Below the pieces are notes generated by a model that saw only the letters and a program-made list of their open reading frames with translations, was not told the origin of the DNA and ran no database searches. From positions 992,001 through 1,056,000 of the forward strand of contig MU059756.1 of assembly GCA_013265495.1 (NCBI GenBank): a DNA stretch of 64,000 nucleotides, written 5' to 3'. A program made the position numbers and the translations under genes. Of the stretch, positions 35,051 to 47,989 are shown piece after piece (position 1 is the first letter of the stretch; every line of letters starts with the position of its first letter). Origin of the DNA: Vicugna vicugna. Lineage: Eukaryota.

Positions 35051-38019
35051 CTAGGGGGCCCAGGACCTTGGCTCCGGGGGCTCTGAAGGATTGAGAGGTG
35101 TTAGTCATGTTCCTTATTGTAAAGGAGTCATAGGGGGATGGCCTAGAAATCTATCCACCAAAAGTAAGATCAAGTTTTTGGGAAAGTATGTTCTTCATAT
35201 AACTAATGAGTCTTTAAAACATGTTCATTAGTTAATTGTGGTTGTTTATAGGTTGCCTGAGTCACTAAGTTGAAATGTTGCATTACTTATAACAGTTATT
35301 TAGAATTTTTAAAACTATGCAGAGGTATGCTATATTTTCTTTGCTAAATAATGTCAGAAGATTTAAAATATATTTTTTTCCTCCTGATTGGATGAAGCAA
35401 AGTGATAATGGATACAGGAAATGGGACTCTTTGACTACAGATTAGTAGAATGGGAACTAAATTGATGGGGCAAGTTTTTGGTTTTAGTACAGGCACTGAC
35501 TTTTACAAATTGGAACTAGGAGTAACAGGAGAGACAGTTCCCACAAAATCAAATAACCACCCTTTTTGGAATGGATGAAGATGGCCCCTTCACTCCCTTT
35601 TCTCCCCATAAACATTTTATCCAGATTAAGGAGTATAATCATGATAAATTAATGTACAGAGTAAGTGTATATAACTAGAATTACTTGAGAAAATTTAATC
35701 ATAAAGTTGGTATATACATTGATTAGTTATAAAAGTTACCTGAGAGTCAGGAAATGATATTCCAATTTTCTTGGTCAACACATTTTCAGAGATAACTGTA
35801 TTAATCAGATTTTAATGGCAAGCAAGCCTCAGAAGCTTAAGTCAAATGGACTTAAAAAGTTCAGGGGAAAGGGGTGGCAGGGGGAGGAGGGGGATTAATT
35901 TAGGTACCTAATTAAAAAGTCTACTGTAATCTCTGTGACTCAGTAAAGACAGATGTATGAACCTCCAACATAACCAGTCTCACCTGTTGCTAATAAAAAT
36001 GTGGTGTGAATGTAAATCTAAATTTCATAATTCTTTGAACATTATCTTTGGATTGCGAGAGTTTGAAACCACCAATGTCAGTGGAGGAATGGAAGCTTAA
36101 AGATAGTAACAGTCCATTTCATGTAATTTTTTTATTACCATAAATGTGTTGGTTGCTTTTGAATGTCTAAAGAGGCATTTTTAAATTTGAAAACTTTTAC
36201 GTTTGCTTATAAAGGTTATTTTATCTTTAAATGTAAGGAAGAATGGAAAATGGGTACAAAGGTAACTGAATAACTCTAGGACTTCCAAATAAAGTATCCA
36301 GCATATCCCCATATAGTACTTGACCTTCATCATGTGACTGAAAACTTGAAAACAGCCAGCTTTGATGGGATGACATTTGCGTTGCATGATTCTTTGAAGG
36401 CATTTTGCTGGTGTGTTGGACTCCTGTAGGTAAGAGAATGTCTCCTCTCTCTCTGTCTTACCTTTAATGACCCATTAATGTGGTCTGAGTTTTATACGCA
36501 TGTTCCTACATGCTGGGACCTAACTCCTCTGCTGTGGTTTAAAAGATGGGGAGGCATGAGTTAATAGGTAGATCTTGCTGTTTGATAGGGGAGAAATGCC
36601 TTTCTCAAGTAAAGATATTTTTCTTTTTTCAGAATCATGGAACTTGAGAGAGCCAAATTCTGCAGACTCCATTTTGCAAATATTTTGCTCAGGGCTGATT
36701 AAAACTTTACAAATTAGTGGGAGATGGTGGGATGGCACGGACGTAGCACAGGAGTGGAAGCCAGGAAACACAACCATCTCAGTCCTAACCTCCATGCTTC
36801 CATCATTTTGGAGGCTTTTCTAGAGGGATGGTGATGCCATTCACCGGGGCAGAAAGCACAGGAAGAGGAACAAGAGGGACTCACGCGATCCCACAGCCAC
36901 AACAGAGCTGCCCAAATTTCCATGTGGTCTGAGCTGTGTGCCCTGGATCATCACGGCACTGAGGTAGTTGAGCAGTCCCACGTTTATTATGCTCAGCCAA
37001 GTGGTCACCAGAGGAGAGCTGCCTGGACCCCAAAGTATTACCACTCCTTCAGTTACATACCCACCAATACCCCGGGGCAAATGCCCATTCCTGGGGGCTA
37101 TAGTGGATTTCAGGATCAGCTTATTCAGAGGCCTCTGGTCACTTAGGCTTTGATGGGGACTCTGAATTCTGAGTGAGGCTTTCTGACTAGAAACTGCATG
37201 GTGTCTTCCAATAGTCTGGTCTCAGTAGGGCTGAGAACAATCTACTGCTTTGCATCTTCCCAGTAATGAGGACAGGGATTTAGAGTCAAAATTCCTTGTC
37301 TCCCAGGACGCTCAGCCATGCTTAGGAAACTCATATAAGCACAAACACATATGTTAAAAAAATGCCACTCATCTTTATTCACCATGAAGCACCCAAGTCC
37401 CCAGTGAAAATGGTAAAGTTGTGGGAGGTAATTCCCAAATCCAACACTGGAGACACCACTGGCCCCAAGTCCAGCACAAATATCCTCTTGCATTTGTTTT
37501 CAACCTCAGAAATTACTTGAATTTGACAAGTGCGGTGCCAATGGGGAGGGATAGTAGACACTTCCAGGAGATGTGGGACATTTCACTGCTATGTGATCAC
37601 CCCATTTTCTCATCTAGCTGTCTACGGGATGCTGTGGCCTTAGCAAATCCTACAGCATTTTGTAGAGTCAACAGTGACCGTAACACTGTAAAAGTTCAAG
37701 CTGGATTGAGAGTAACGTCAAGGTCTCAGTAGGACACGGGGTGTGTGATGACTCAGGATAGTCATACAATGAGAGGCATATGCAAAGACCAAGAAGGCAA
37801 CTGCTCATTGAAAAGATGACACAAATCTCTCTTATTTCTTCTCTTCAATCCACGGTAAGACTGAAGTAAGACGGTGACCACAGTTGTACCTGGGGGATGT
37901 GTGTGTGTTGCTCTTTATTCTCGTTACGTGATCCTGTGACATTTCTATTGTATTGTCAGTAGACAAAGTAGCCATGTGGGAAGAGTTTATAGTTGGAATC
38001 ATGTCCACAGACAGAAGCC

Positions 38020-38170
38020 AGGAGTTTGAGCACAGACCACCACTTACTAGCTGTGTGACCCTGGGCAAGTCATTTATCCCTGCAAAATGAGGATGATGGT
38101 ATCAGACATCCCACGTGGGGGTGGAGAGTAGCACATGAGACTGTGTATGAGAAAGTGCCATGTGAAACAG
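38020..38170 (+). mobile_element. MIR SINE
   Basis: ccacttactagctgtgtgaccctgggcaagtcatttatccctgcaaaatgaggatgat. Confidence 0.8.
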
Positions 38171-39244
38171 AAAGCTCTGAGCAAATACTGCTTGCTGCTC
38201 CTGGCCACCTTGCAATGGAAGGTGATTCTATGCACTCAACTCCCATGGGTTTTCTCGGTCCCTCCTTTGGGATCACTAACTCCTAGTAGCCACTGACAGG
38301 TGTGCCCAGCGTAGAAGCAATCTCACCACTGCCTACCAGAGAAATAGTAAGGGAGAAGCCAGGCTTTTAAGAACACATTTGTAGTAACATTTTTGGGTTT
38401 TGTGTCAAGTTGAAGACCGATGCTTGACCAAACTGCTTTTTCTCACTCTTTTCCAGCACCTAAAAAGGATCATATAGTCCTAATTAGGCCTAGAGAGGCC
38501 CACAAAAGAAACGTGTTTCCAAGAGCTTTAGATTTATGAACTGAAGACTGTAGGCTACTGTGTATTTTAATATATTCAGAGAGACAATTAAGATAACTTT
38601 AGTTATAGTTTTGGAAAACAGTCTGGGAGTGTTTGATGGAGCATATAGCATTTCTCTGTCAAAAACCAAACTGAAATGACATATTTGGAATCAACTCACT
38701 CTGTTAAAGGCAACCAACCATCTGAAAACACTCAATGAATTGGAATAAAGTTGTACAAAGTTTTGTGATCCTCTGGAGAGGAACAAAAATTTGGAAGAAA
38801 GTTTTGCTGCCAAACTGCAGGAACAGACAATTCACAAAGAAGGGAGTTAAATGGCCTACAGCGTGTGAAAAAAAAAAAAAGTTCAACCTCACTGAACAAA
38901 GAAATGTCAGTTAAAACAACCAAAAAAGTCATTGATGGAGATAAACATAAATTCCAGTATTCACTGTCAGCCAGGTTCTGTGAAAAAACGGGCACTCTTA
39001 TACCCTGTGGTTGGGAATGTAAATTAGTACAATCTTTTTTGGATTGCAGTTTGGCGAGATCTAAAGTGAAACTTTTAACTTTGCAACTCTGCTGCAAGAA
39101 ATTTGTTTTAAGAAATTTATCATAGATTTCTTAAAAATTAGGAATAAAGGTGTTGACTATGGCCTTATTCATAATGAGGAAAATTGGAAAAACCTAAATA
39201 TTCAGAAATAGGAAAGTGGTTAAGTACGTTGGGGTATAACCATC

Positions 39245-39821
39245 TGTTATGAACTACATGTTTGCGTCCCCCCTCCATTCACGTGCTGAAGCCCTAGCCC
39301 CCAGTAGGATGGTATTGGGTGGGGGGGGGGTGGGAGGTAATTAGGTCATGAGATCGAGCCCCTGTGGTATTAGTGCCCTTACAAGAAGAGGAAGAGGGTT
39401 AGCTGCTGCTCTCGCCACCATATTGAGGTTACAAGAAGAAGACAGCAATCTGAAAACGGCGAAGAAGGCTTAGACCAAACGCATCCACACTGGTACAGGT
39501 ACCCCCTGCTTTTCAGAAGTTCACTTTATACCACTTCACTTTTATGAAGGACCTACATTAGTACCTACTTTTGCTGACTGAAAGAGCTCCTAAGAGAATT
39601 TTCACTTTTCTGAAAAATATGAATAAAGGTGATTGCTTTTTCGACATGTGCCATTTTGGCTGATGAGCGTTTTCTTAGGGACATAACTTCCCGACAGTGT
39701 GTGAACCTATGTCCTTGACCTTGGACTCCCAGCTTCCAGATCCATGAGCAATACCTGCTTGTTGTTTCAGCCATCCAATCTGTGGCCTTCTATTCTATAG
39801 CAGCCCAAATGATCTAAAACA
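39245..39821 (+). mobile_element. MaLR solo LTR (MLT1A-like) with a perfect 5-bp TSD
   Basis: TGTTATG...AAAACA termini, flanked by CCATC (39240-39244) and CCATC (39822-39826). Confidence 0.88.
39496..39709. mobile_element. Tigger-type DNA transposon inserted inside MLT1A
   Basis: TA|caggtaccccctgcttttcagaagttcactttataccacttcacttttatgaaggacctacattagtacc aligns by eye with 18859-18930; the right terminus is degenerate. Confidence 0.7.
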
Positions 39822-41074
39822 CCATCCATATATAAATTATTTTTGAAATAAGTTTCATTTATTATAGGGCAAACTCAAAAGGGGTTTTTGTTGTTTTTTT
39901 CTTTTTTAGCAAATTCTACCACATTACTAACAAAAATCCCCTGTACATTCACCATGATTCACTTGAGAGGGAAACAGGAAGTAAATGCAGACATGGATGC
40001 AACATGAAAAAGCCCGTAGAAAACAAAAACCCAGCCTGGGGCTGTGGGACTATGTGTGTGAACACAGTGTTGACAAAACTATTTCAGTCCTTAAATTTTA
40101 TTATTTTGAAATGTACTTTATGATGTGGGCAATATTGTTCTATAAAGTTCATTATAATAAAGGCGGATGCAAAGCTGCACGGTGTGCAATGCCTATCTGG
40201 GAAATCTATGTATAAAAAATGTGAAAGGCAGTCTAAGAAAATGTTAACAGGAATCACCCCCGTTAGGTAAGGCTATCCAAGGCTTCTATTTTCTTCTTCG
40301 TGTATTCTTGTAGTTTCCAAATTATATGTAATTAACATATATATTATCATTTAAACAATAAAGATATAAATATTAAAAAGAGTAAATGTTTGGTGTCCTC
40401 TCAGAACTTCCAGCTGAGACACCCTGAACTGAGAGGGGAGCCTCCACCTGCCCAGCAGGGAGGGTCAGCCTGACCTCTGCTCGTTTTTTGTTTTGTTTTT
40501 TGAGGAGGGTTCCCGCTGGAGCAGGTGTGTCATCAAAGCAAACACGTGGGACTTTTAGTTCTATCGACTGTCAAAATCCCATCAAGTAAGTAGGACAAGA
40601 GTTAAAGAGGAAGAGGAGGGGAAAGATCCCCTTGTAATTCTGTTCTTTTTCAGGTTTTTTTCCCTCCCCTTCAGTGTAAAGTCTGTCAAGTTTTCTCTTT
40701 ACATTCTGCTCAACAGATCATCTGAAAACGGAGATAAAGAAAATGAGACGTTTAAGATTTTTCTGACAAAGTTAATTAAAATGGCCCAGGAAAGGCATGT
40801 CTGAGATTTCTTTTTTTTTTTTTTTTTTTAGGTTTAAGAAGAGGTTGTTTTTTTTCCAGTATTTCCCGGGTTTAGCTACACATTTGTGAGTCTAGTTGTT
40901 TCTAGTTTTGCTTCATTAAAAAATAAAAAAGCCTTTCTTCTTTAGACCAAGAAGAAAAGGACTCAACTCTTGTTCAGTACATCTGAAAAACAGGCTCAAA
41001 TTCACAGTGCAGAATCAAGAAGAAAAAAGCTAGTTGGCTTCCATGCCAAATTGTTTCCCATTTGTCTCTCCAGA

Positions 41075-41500
41075 TACAGTTTGTATCCCTCGCCCCCTCC
41101 CTAGCTGAGAGGACTGCCTTTAAGGACTGCATCTATGGTCCATGCCCTCTGAATTCCCCTGGGTTTGGCCAGTGGGAGTCAGAGGCAAGAAAAGGGCCAA
41201 ACCTTGAAGCACTTACTCCCCTGGCTCACTGCCTGCTCACTGCCTGCCGGGCAGAGCTCGGCAGTGGCTGCATCTTGCAGGCAGCCATTTCCGACAGCTA
41301 CATCTCTCCCTGGGTCCTAGTGGCATCACTTCTTCAAGATGTAGGTGGTATCAACCTCCTGTTGGTGCCAGCCTCCGAGTGCATTATCGTCCCTTGTTGG
41401 TTTCCCTTAAACCTGCCCGAGCCTTGTAAACAGTGCCTTCAAACTCTCTTTAATCTCCCCTTTTGAATTTGCAATTTCTTTCCTGCCAGGACCCTGAGCT
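41075..41500 (+). mobile_element. ERVL LTR (LTR16-like)
   Basis: ggactgcctttaaggactgcatc..; tggtttcccttaaacctgccc..ccttgtaaacagtgcc..tttctttcctgccaggaccctga. Confidence 0.7.
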
Positions 41501-42409
41501 TTGAACCGTCTTAGGGGACAGTGCAGCTACATTCTGTGTCATGACTATCCATGAGAATATTCTGATGGCACATTGGACAGAGCCCACTTTTCATAGTTAT
41601 TATGAAGAAGAGTTTGCAAACACCTCGCATTGTGACAGTGGTCAGCCTTAAGCCCTCGGGATCTGTAATAATGGACCTTAGCAACCGGGTTTCACAGAAT
41701 TCTAGTGTGTCAAAACGGAAGTGTGCTGAAGTAATGTGTTAGTAATAATGAAGAACTGATTTTGCACATTAAAAATAAATTAATGAGAGTAGACATGTTA
41801 TTTTCATCACTATGCCATTTTTATTCACAGACGTTCCAGTATGCTTTCTTCAGACACAGGGAAAGGAGACAGAGTTCCAGCAAATGCACCTGAAGTTGAC
41901 TGTAATCTGCATGTGTCCTTAGCTACATGGCAGTCCACAGCAATGACCTTGGGACTATGTCCTACATGTGATATCACCCATCTTACATGTAGTGGTAGAA
42001 AAAAGTGGGGGGCACTATTGTTGGGTAACATAGCAATTTATGAGAATTCCTTTGACTTGGTAACTCTGCCCTTTGTCATCTGATTTTTCTCATCAATGTG
42101 TAGTATAAAACTACTAATATTTGACTAATATTTTAATGTTTCACTAATAAGTGTCTTAGGAAAGATCTATTATCTTATATAATCCTCATAACAATTCACA
42201 TTTTTACCAACTAAGCATTCACCCATGGGCTGAAGGAGAGACAGATTTGGAGCACGTTGCACACTTTCATCACAGAGCTTTGTCTTGGGTCCATGGTGTG
42301 GATGAGAAGGGGGTACTACTCACAGCACTGCTTCCTGCTGGGGTTATCTAACTGACTGTTAGATCTCAGTGAACATAAAAGAAAAAGTTCAAATCTTTTC
42401 CTCTGGTCA

Positions 42410-42730
42410 GTTTAGTTCAGTTAAATTGCTAGATCTTGAGGATACGGAGATGAAGGAAACACACTTCTGCCCTCCAGGAACCTGAAGCCTAGTTGGTAGA
42501 CACAGATACAAATAAATAATGAGAGAACTGTAATAAAATGTGATAAAAATGATAATAGGAACATGCTTAAAATTTATTGAGGAAACAGAGGAGGGAGCCA
42601 TAACATCTCTGAGAGGTGAAGGGGTGTCATGAAAAATTATGGACCAAAGGTGATTGTTAAGCTTGACCTTGAAGGGTGTTTAGGAGTTCAACAGTGAAAC
42701 TAAGGGAGAAAGAGGTGTTACAGGCGAAGG
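42410..42730 (-). mobile_element. L2 relic
   Basis: gatacggagatgaagg..ctgccctccaggaacctgaagcctagttgg; gttaagcttgaccttgaaggg. Confidence 0.65.
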
Positions 42731-43544
42731 GCCCAGCGGGGGTCTTTCTTCTCATTCCTGCCAAAGGCTTAGAGTCTCCAATTGCTTTTTCAACATTGCA
42801 TTTCCTGTGACCCGTCTAGATTTCTCACTTAGTCCTCTTTGGGTCTAAGGGATTAAAGTACCTTTGGAAGAGAGGCACTGGCCGGGAGTGAAATCCCAGC
42901 ATTGATCTTGGTCTCAGGGGGACCATGTGCCAACTGAGAAAACAGCTAGAGACCCCGGAGTCTGAAATCTGACAGAAATATACAGCCTGAGATGTGTACC
43001 ACGATTCATGGACCTGGTTCTAACCTGCTGTTACAGATAGCCTTGGAGACAATGATCTGTCAGAGATTCCTGGGGCCACATGGAGTTTGGATTATGAAAG
43101 TATTAGGAAAATATTAAGAAAGGAGAATTTATAGAAGGGATTTATCAACTCAATACTATTACTCATAAGTATACTGTACTATATCAGACCAAGAAGAGGA
43201 AGGAGGATTTAGAAGATTGTCTAAGACATCGCGAAGATTGATAGAGTTTGCTTGACTGAGAAAAGCAGACCAGTTAAGTCCTGCAACTTCTTATCTTTAC
43301 CCCCAGACAGATGTGAATTCTTTCCTGCTAAGACCTGAAGACCTTATTCACCACTGTCTTTTGTCGTCTTGTCTTAAACCCTGGACCTACTGTTGTTTCT
43401 TGTTGTCCCAACATGGTTGATAGAGAGACCCTCAAGTCTTGACAAAGAGACTAGGGAAAGGGAACACAAAATGTGGGTGGTAAAGAGTATGTTACTCCTT
43501 GTTTGGAACTCAAGACCAAGTGCCTGGATCAGCTTAGCTTCAAA

Positions 43545-44460
43545 AAGTAATGATATCGAACAACAACAAAAAAGATACAATACTTAGGATTAAACTTAAA
43601 AAATAAAAGTGCAGATTTTATATGGGAAAAAACCTTTAAAACACTCCGGAAAGACCTAAAAGTACATAAAAGACAGACTTGGACAGATGGAAAGAAACCT
43701 CTGTTCTTGGATAGGATGGCTCAGTATCAAAAGGATCACAGATTTCAGTTCTTCTTAAGTTAATGTGATTCCCAATACTAGTAAGCTTTTTTCTTGGAAC
43801 TGGGCAAATTGATACTAAAGTTTATACAGAAAAAAAAAAACAAAGACATGCAAGAATAGTTGAGAAAACACTGGGGGAAAAGAGTTATCTACCAGGTATT
43901 ATAATGTACAATATAAATTTTATAAAAAAAAAAAAAAACAAAGACATGCAAGAATAGTTGAGAAAACACTGGGGGAAAAGAGTTATCTACCAGGTATTAT
44001 AATGTACAATAAAGCCTCTGTAGAACAGTGTGATATTGGCACTCGGATAGACCATCATACTAATGGAGCAGCACAGAAAGTCAAGAAACAGACTCAAACA
44101 CATGTGGAAATTTAGTGCATGATAAAGATGGCATCTTGGGCTTTTTGATAAATGGGGGGACCACGGGATAGCCACATACAAGAATAAATTCCAGTTGGAT
44201 CAAGAATGAAACCCACCAGTATTAAAGGAAAAGATGGGTGACTTTCTGTATAACGAAAGTGTGAGGAGATGCTTTCTAAATACAACTCAAAATCCAGGGG
44301 TAGCAAAAGAAAAGACTGATAATTTGAATTACCTAAAAATAAAATATATTTGTATGGGCAATAAAAAAAATCATGACAAAGTCCTAAGACAATGGGGAGA
44401 AAACATTTGTAACATATATCACAGTTAAGGGGCCAGTCCTCCTAATACATAAAAAGTAAC
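43545..44460 (+). mobile_element. Old L1M ORF2 3' region relic (contains a tandem duplication)
   Basis: tgttcttggataggatggctcagtatc..; gactcaaacacatgtggaaatttagtgcatgataaagatggcat; aatttgaattacctaaaaataaaa. Confidence 0.75.
43830..44011. repeat. Perfect direct tandem duplication (A-run plus 73 bp, period 98)
   Basis: 43841-43913 is identical to 43939-44011; each copy is preceded by an A-run; spacer taaattttat. Confidence 0.95.
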
Positions 44461-45379
44461 TGGATGTGGGAGGTGAGAATGCATCTTAGGCTCTCCCCTG
44501 GCTTATCATTCAGTCTTCACCCTGGGTTTTCATAGAGGCCACAGTAATTAGCTTGCTGTTAAGTTGGTCTGATGTAACATTTCATGCCCACTTTGTTGTT
44601 ATTTTTTGCTAACTTGGACTTTCACTCCCTGGGACCTGACTGATTTATAAGTGTTTTCCCAGATCACATTCTGTGCTGGGCTCTGCACCTGGTGTTTTCC
44701 CTGGGCCGGCAGCAATGACTGGTTTGCTGGGCTCTCGTTTTGCTGAGGGTTCCTAGTGAGACTGGCCCCTGTGTGGGCGGTAAGAGGCTCAGGGAAGGCA
44801 GTTGGATGAGGAGCTCCTTTAGCAGAGGTTCATATGCTCCAAAATATGCTTAGTTTACAGTCTTGGGAATTTCCAGGTGTTATTAGATGCAGAGAGTCCT
44901 TTATGGAGTCCAAACAGGAATGGATAAATTTTCAAAAGACAAGGGTAAAATAAATAAGTTTTAGGTTTTAGAGACCTAAACCAAGCCTTCATTTTCATCT
45001 TTGTTACTTGAGGAGTCATAGTTGAATGCACACAGACTAAATTTCGTTGTCATCTAATTTATTAAAGTGTCATGGATGGACAACAGAAAGATAATGATGT
45101 TCTGGAATGAGAGAATGTTCTGGAAAATTAAAGAAATGATGGCTAAACTGCCCCACGCCCACCCCTCGTGATACCAGGGAGTGGCCTTAACCGGGATTCA
45201 TGTTCACATCAGGACAGACATTTCCTCGAAGTGTACCCTTGTAGACCACTGGTCTGGACTCTGAGTGGAGCGACCCACGGTTGACCTGCTAATACCACTA
45301 CAACAGCACTTTGCTGTAGTAGAGAGCATTCTGCTTTGGGAAAGCATCTATTTTAAATCACTGATCTCATTTGCTCTTC

Positions 45380-45600
45380 ACACAGCCCTGAGAAACAGGC
45401 AGGGGCAGATATTACTGTCCGCATTTGCAGGTGAGCTAACTGGGGCTAAGAGAGGCTAAGAGGTTTGGAGAGAGCCCAGTGGAGAGCTCTGGATTAGGAA
45501 TCAGGGCATCTGGGACAGAATCCGACCTGGCCATTCACTGTCTGTGGTGTCTTGAGCGAGTCGGTTATATAAAGGTCTCTGAGCCTCCACTCCAGCTTCA
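45380..45600. mobile_element. Two MIR SINEs in opposite orientation
   Basis: attactgtccgcatttgcaggtgagctaactggggctaagagaggctaa (minus); gaatccgacctggccattcactgtctgtggtgtcttgagcgagt (plus). Confidence 0.6.
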
Positions 45601-45924
45601 ATTAAATGAGAGGTTTGCACAAGATGGCCCTTGAGGGCCCTCCCAGGGTGACTGCTCCAGGGTTTTATCACTTGCTGGACTTCAACAGGAATCAGTCAGT
45701 GGGTGAGAAACGGTGTACAAGGCCTCTGAGCTGCAAAATTCTCTCCCTCCCTCTACCCCACACAGTGCAGAAAGAAAGACTCACTTGGGATGGGGATAGA
45801 GTTTTCCCATTTGCAGGCTACAGATGGGTTTCCTGCCTAATTACAGGAAATATTAGAAGTTTATTTTATTTTCTTACAATTTTTTTTCAATTTCTCCTAT
45901 GTCTTTTTTCCTTTAATATTTTCC

Positions 45925-46640
45925 AGCTTTACTAAAGTTAACTTTGCATACCATAAAATTCACCCATTGTTAAGTGTACAATCCACTGCTTTTCAGTAAA
46001 TGTCTAAGTTCTACAGCCATCACAATCCAGGTCTAGAACTCCTCCTTCACCTTACAAAGTTCCTTTGTGTACATTGACATCAGTCTCCACTCCCCTCTCC
46101 AGCCCTAAGCAACCGCAGATATGCTTTTAGTCTCTATAAATTTGCCTTTTCTGGACATTTTGTATAAATAGAATCATACGGAATGTCATCTTTTCCATCT
46201 GGCTTGTTTAATTTACCATAATGTTTTCAAGGGTCATCTATGTTGTAGAATATACTCCATCCTTTTTCGTGGCCAAATAATATTCCACTGTATGGGTTTA
46301 CCACATTTTGTTTATCTGTTCATCAGTTGATGGATATTTGGTTTGTTTCCACATTTTAGCTATTATGGGTAATGCTTCTCTGAGCAGTCATGTAGATATA
46401 CATTCTGTGTATGTCTTTATTTCTCTTCAGTAAATTCCTAGGAGTAGAAATGCAGGGTGGTTTTATTAAATTTTTACGTAGTATTTGAATCTCTACTTTT
46501 AACCTTTGTACTTGAATAAAAGATTCACAGAAAATGTGTGGGAGAATAAATATGTAACCTATTTTAGTAAGCTTTCTTAATGCCTGGTAGCTTTTATAAA
46601 AGTGCAATCTGCCTTGGCATAAAGTAACCATACAGAGTTG
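45925..46640 (-). mobile_element. L1MB-type 3' end
   Basis: cataccataaaattcacccattgttaagtgtacaat..; ccttttctggacattttgtataaatagaatcatac; tcagttgatggatatttggtttgtttccac. Confidence 0.88.
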
Positions 46641-46644
46641 TAGC

Positions 46645-46989
46645 TGATATGGACTGAACTGTGTCCTCCAAAAATTCACATGTTGAAGTCTTAACACTAT
46701 GAGGTCATAAGGGTGGGGCCCTAATCCAATATGATTGGTGTCCTTATAAGATGATGAAAGACACCAGGGGTGCCTGAGCATGGAGAAGAAGCCAAGTGAG
46801 GACACAGCAAGGAGGTGGCCAGCTACACGACAAAGAGAGAGGTCTCAGGAGAAATCAGTACAATGACTGCAGACACCACTTTCCTGCCCACACCTTGGCC
46901 TTGGCCTTCCAGCCTCCAACACTGTGAGAAAGGGAATTTTAAGCCACACAGTCTGTACCATTTTGTTATGGAGGCAACAAATGAACACA
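46645..46989 (+). mobile_element. MaLR solo LTR (MLT1A/B-like)
   Basis: tgatatggactgaactgtgtcctccaaaaattcacatgttgaagtcttaac..agggtggggccctaatccaatatgattggtgtccttataag. Confidence 0.9.
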
Positions 46990-47950
46990 CGAGCCTGTAT
47001 TTTAAGGAATTTGCTTCTCAATGCCCTGGAAGGGTGTTTCTTTCATTTTAATTCCCTTCGCACGTTGTGTTCTCTGTTGTCCTTCATGCCTCTCTGTCAG
47101 AGCTGGCCTCTGTCCTGTTCGCCCGTGTGGTGGGCTCCTCCTTGCAATGCTCTAGTTCATGGTCCCATCTCCTGTCACTTCCCACGGCAGCCGCTAAGCC
47201 CCCTCCTCCACGAACACTTCCTCCCATCAGGAAGCGATTCTCAGAAGTCCCCCATCTATTTCTCCTTGCATTTCTGTGGCACAGGCTCTGTCTGCACTGA
47301 ATGCTGGCTGTTGGGTACATTGTATCCCTCATGCTGGACTAGGGGCTCCCCATGGACAGGGAAAGTGGTGATTGTGTTTATTGTCCCTCTAACCTAGCCT
47401 CTGGTTCAATGTCTGCTGCAAAGTCAGAATTGTTTTAATTAATTACAACTGACAACTCCAGCTACCAAAGCATTTGTTTCAGAGCTTTATGACGGCTCAT
47501 AAAATACTGGTTAGTGACGTATGAGTAGAAAAAGAATGGCTGTGTGGGGAGAGCAAAGTGCACACACTGGAAGTCACTGCTGGTGACCTTGGGCCAACTC
47601 AGTTCCCACCCTCAAACCTCGGCTTCCCTGGCCTGAGTGAAAGCGTTGATCTAGCAAAGGTCTGTTCTATGGTGAACATTTTACCCTCTTACAGCTCTTG
47701 GTCAGCCCTGTAGGTTTCCTGCCTTTGAAGTGCCTCCCCAGTTATGTGAATGAAGAAATTCAAGGTCTGAATGACACTGCAACTCAATTAAAATGAGTTT
47801 TAAGTGAACTTTGAGTTTCTGTTTTCCATGTAGAGCTTTTCCAAATATATAGAATCTAGAAGTACTAGTCATTGCCTTCTGGGGGCCCAAATCCTTGAGA
47901 TGTATGAACGTACATCACCTTCCTTTTGACAATGAACAATTTTAAAGAAA

Positions 47951-47989
47951 TGCGCGCACACACACACACACACACACAAAACACACACC
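47951..47989. repeat. (CG)n(CA)n microsatellite
   Basis: tgcgcgcacacacacac... read directly. Confidence 0.85.

Larger units (their letters stand above)
38760..40380 (+). mobile_element. Old L1M (L1MC/ME-like) 3' region, interrupted by MLT1A
   Basis: ttcaacctcactgaacaaagaaatg..; gttgggaatgtaaattagtacaatc; aagaaaatgttaacagg..; tail tattaaaaa. Confidence 0.7.

Noticed and set aside
37075-37146. QMPIPGG resembling the ERVL pol QYRIPGG motif
   Set aside because: The flanking residues do not continue into the RT motifs, so the similarity is too short.
46924-47397. 157-aa ORF
   Set aside because: It begins in an MLT1 LTR and runs through L2-like sequence, with no homology recognised.
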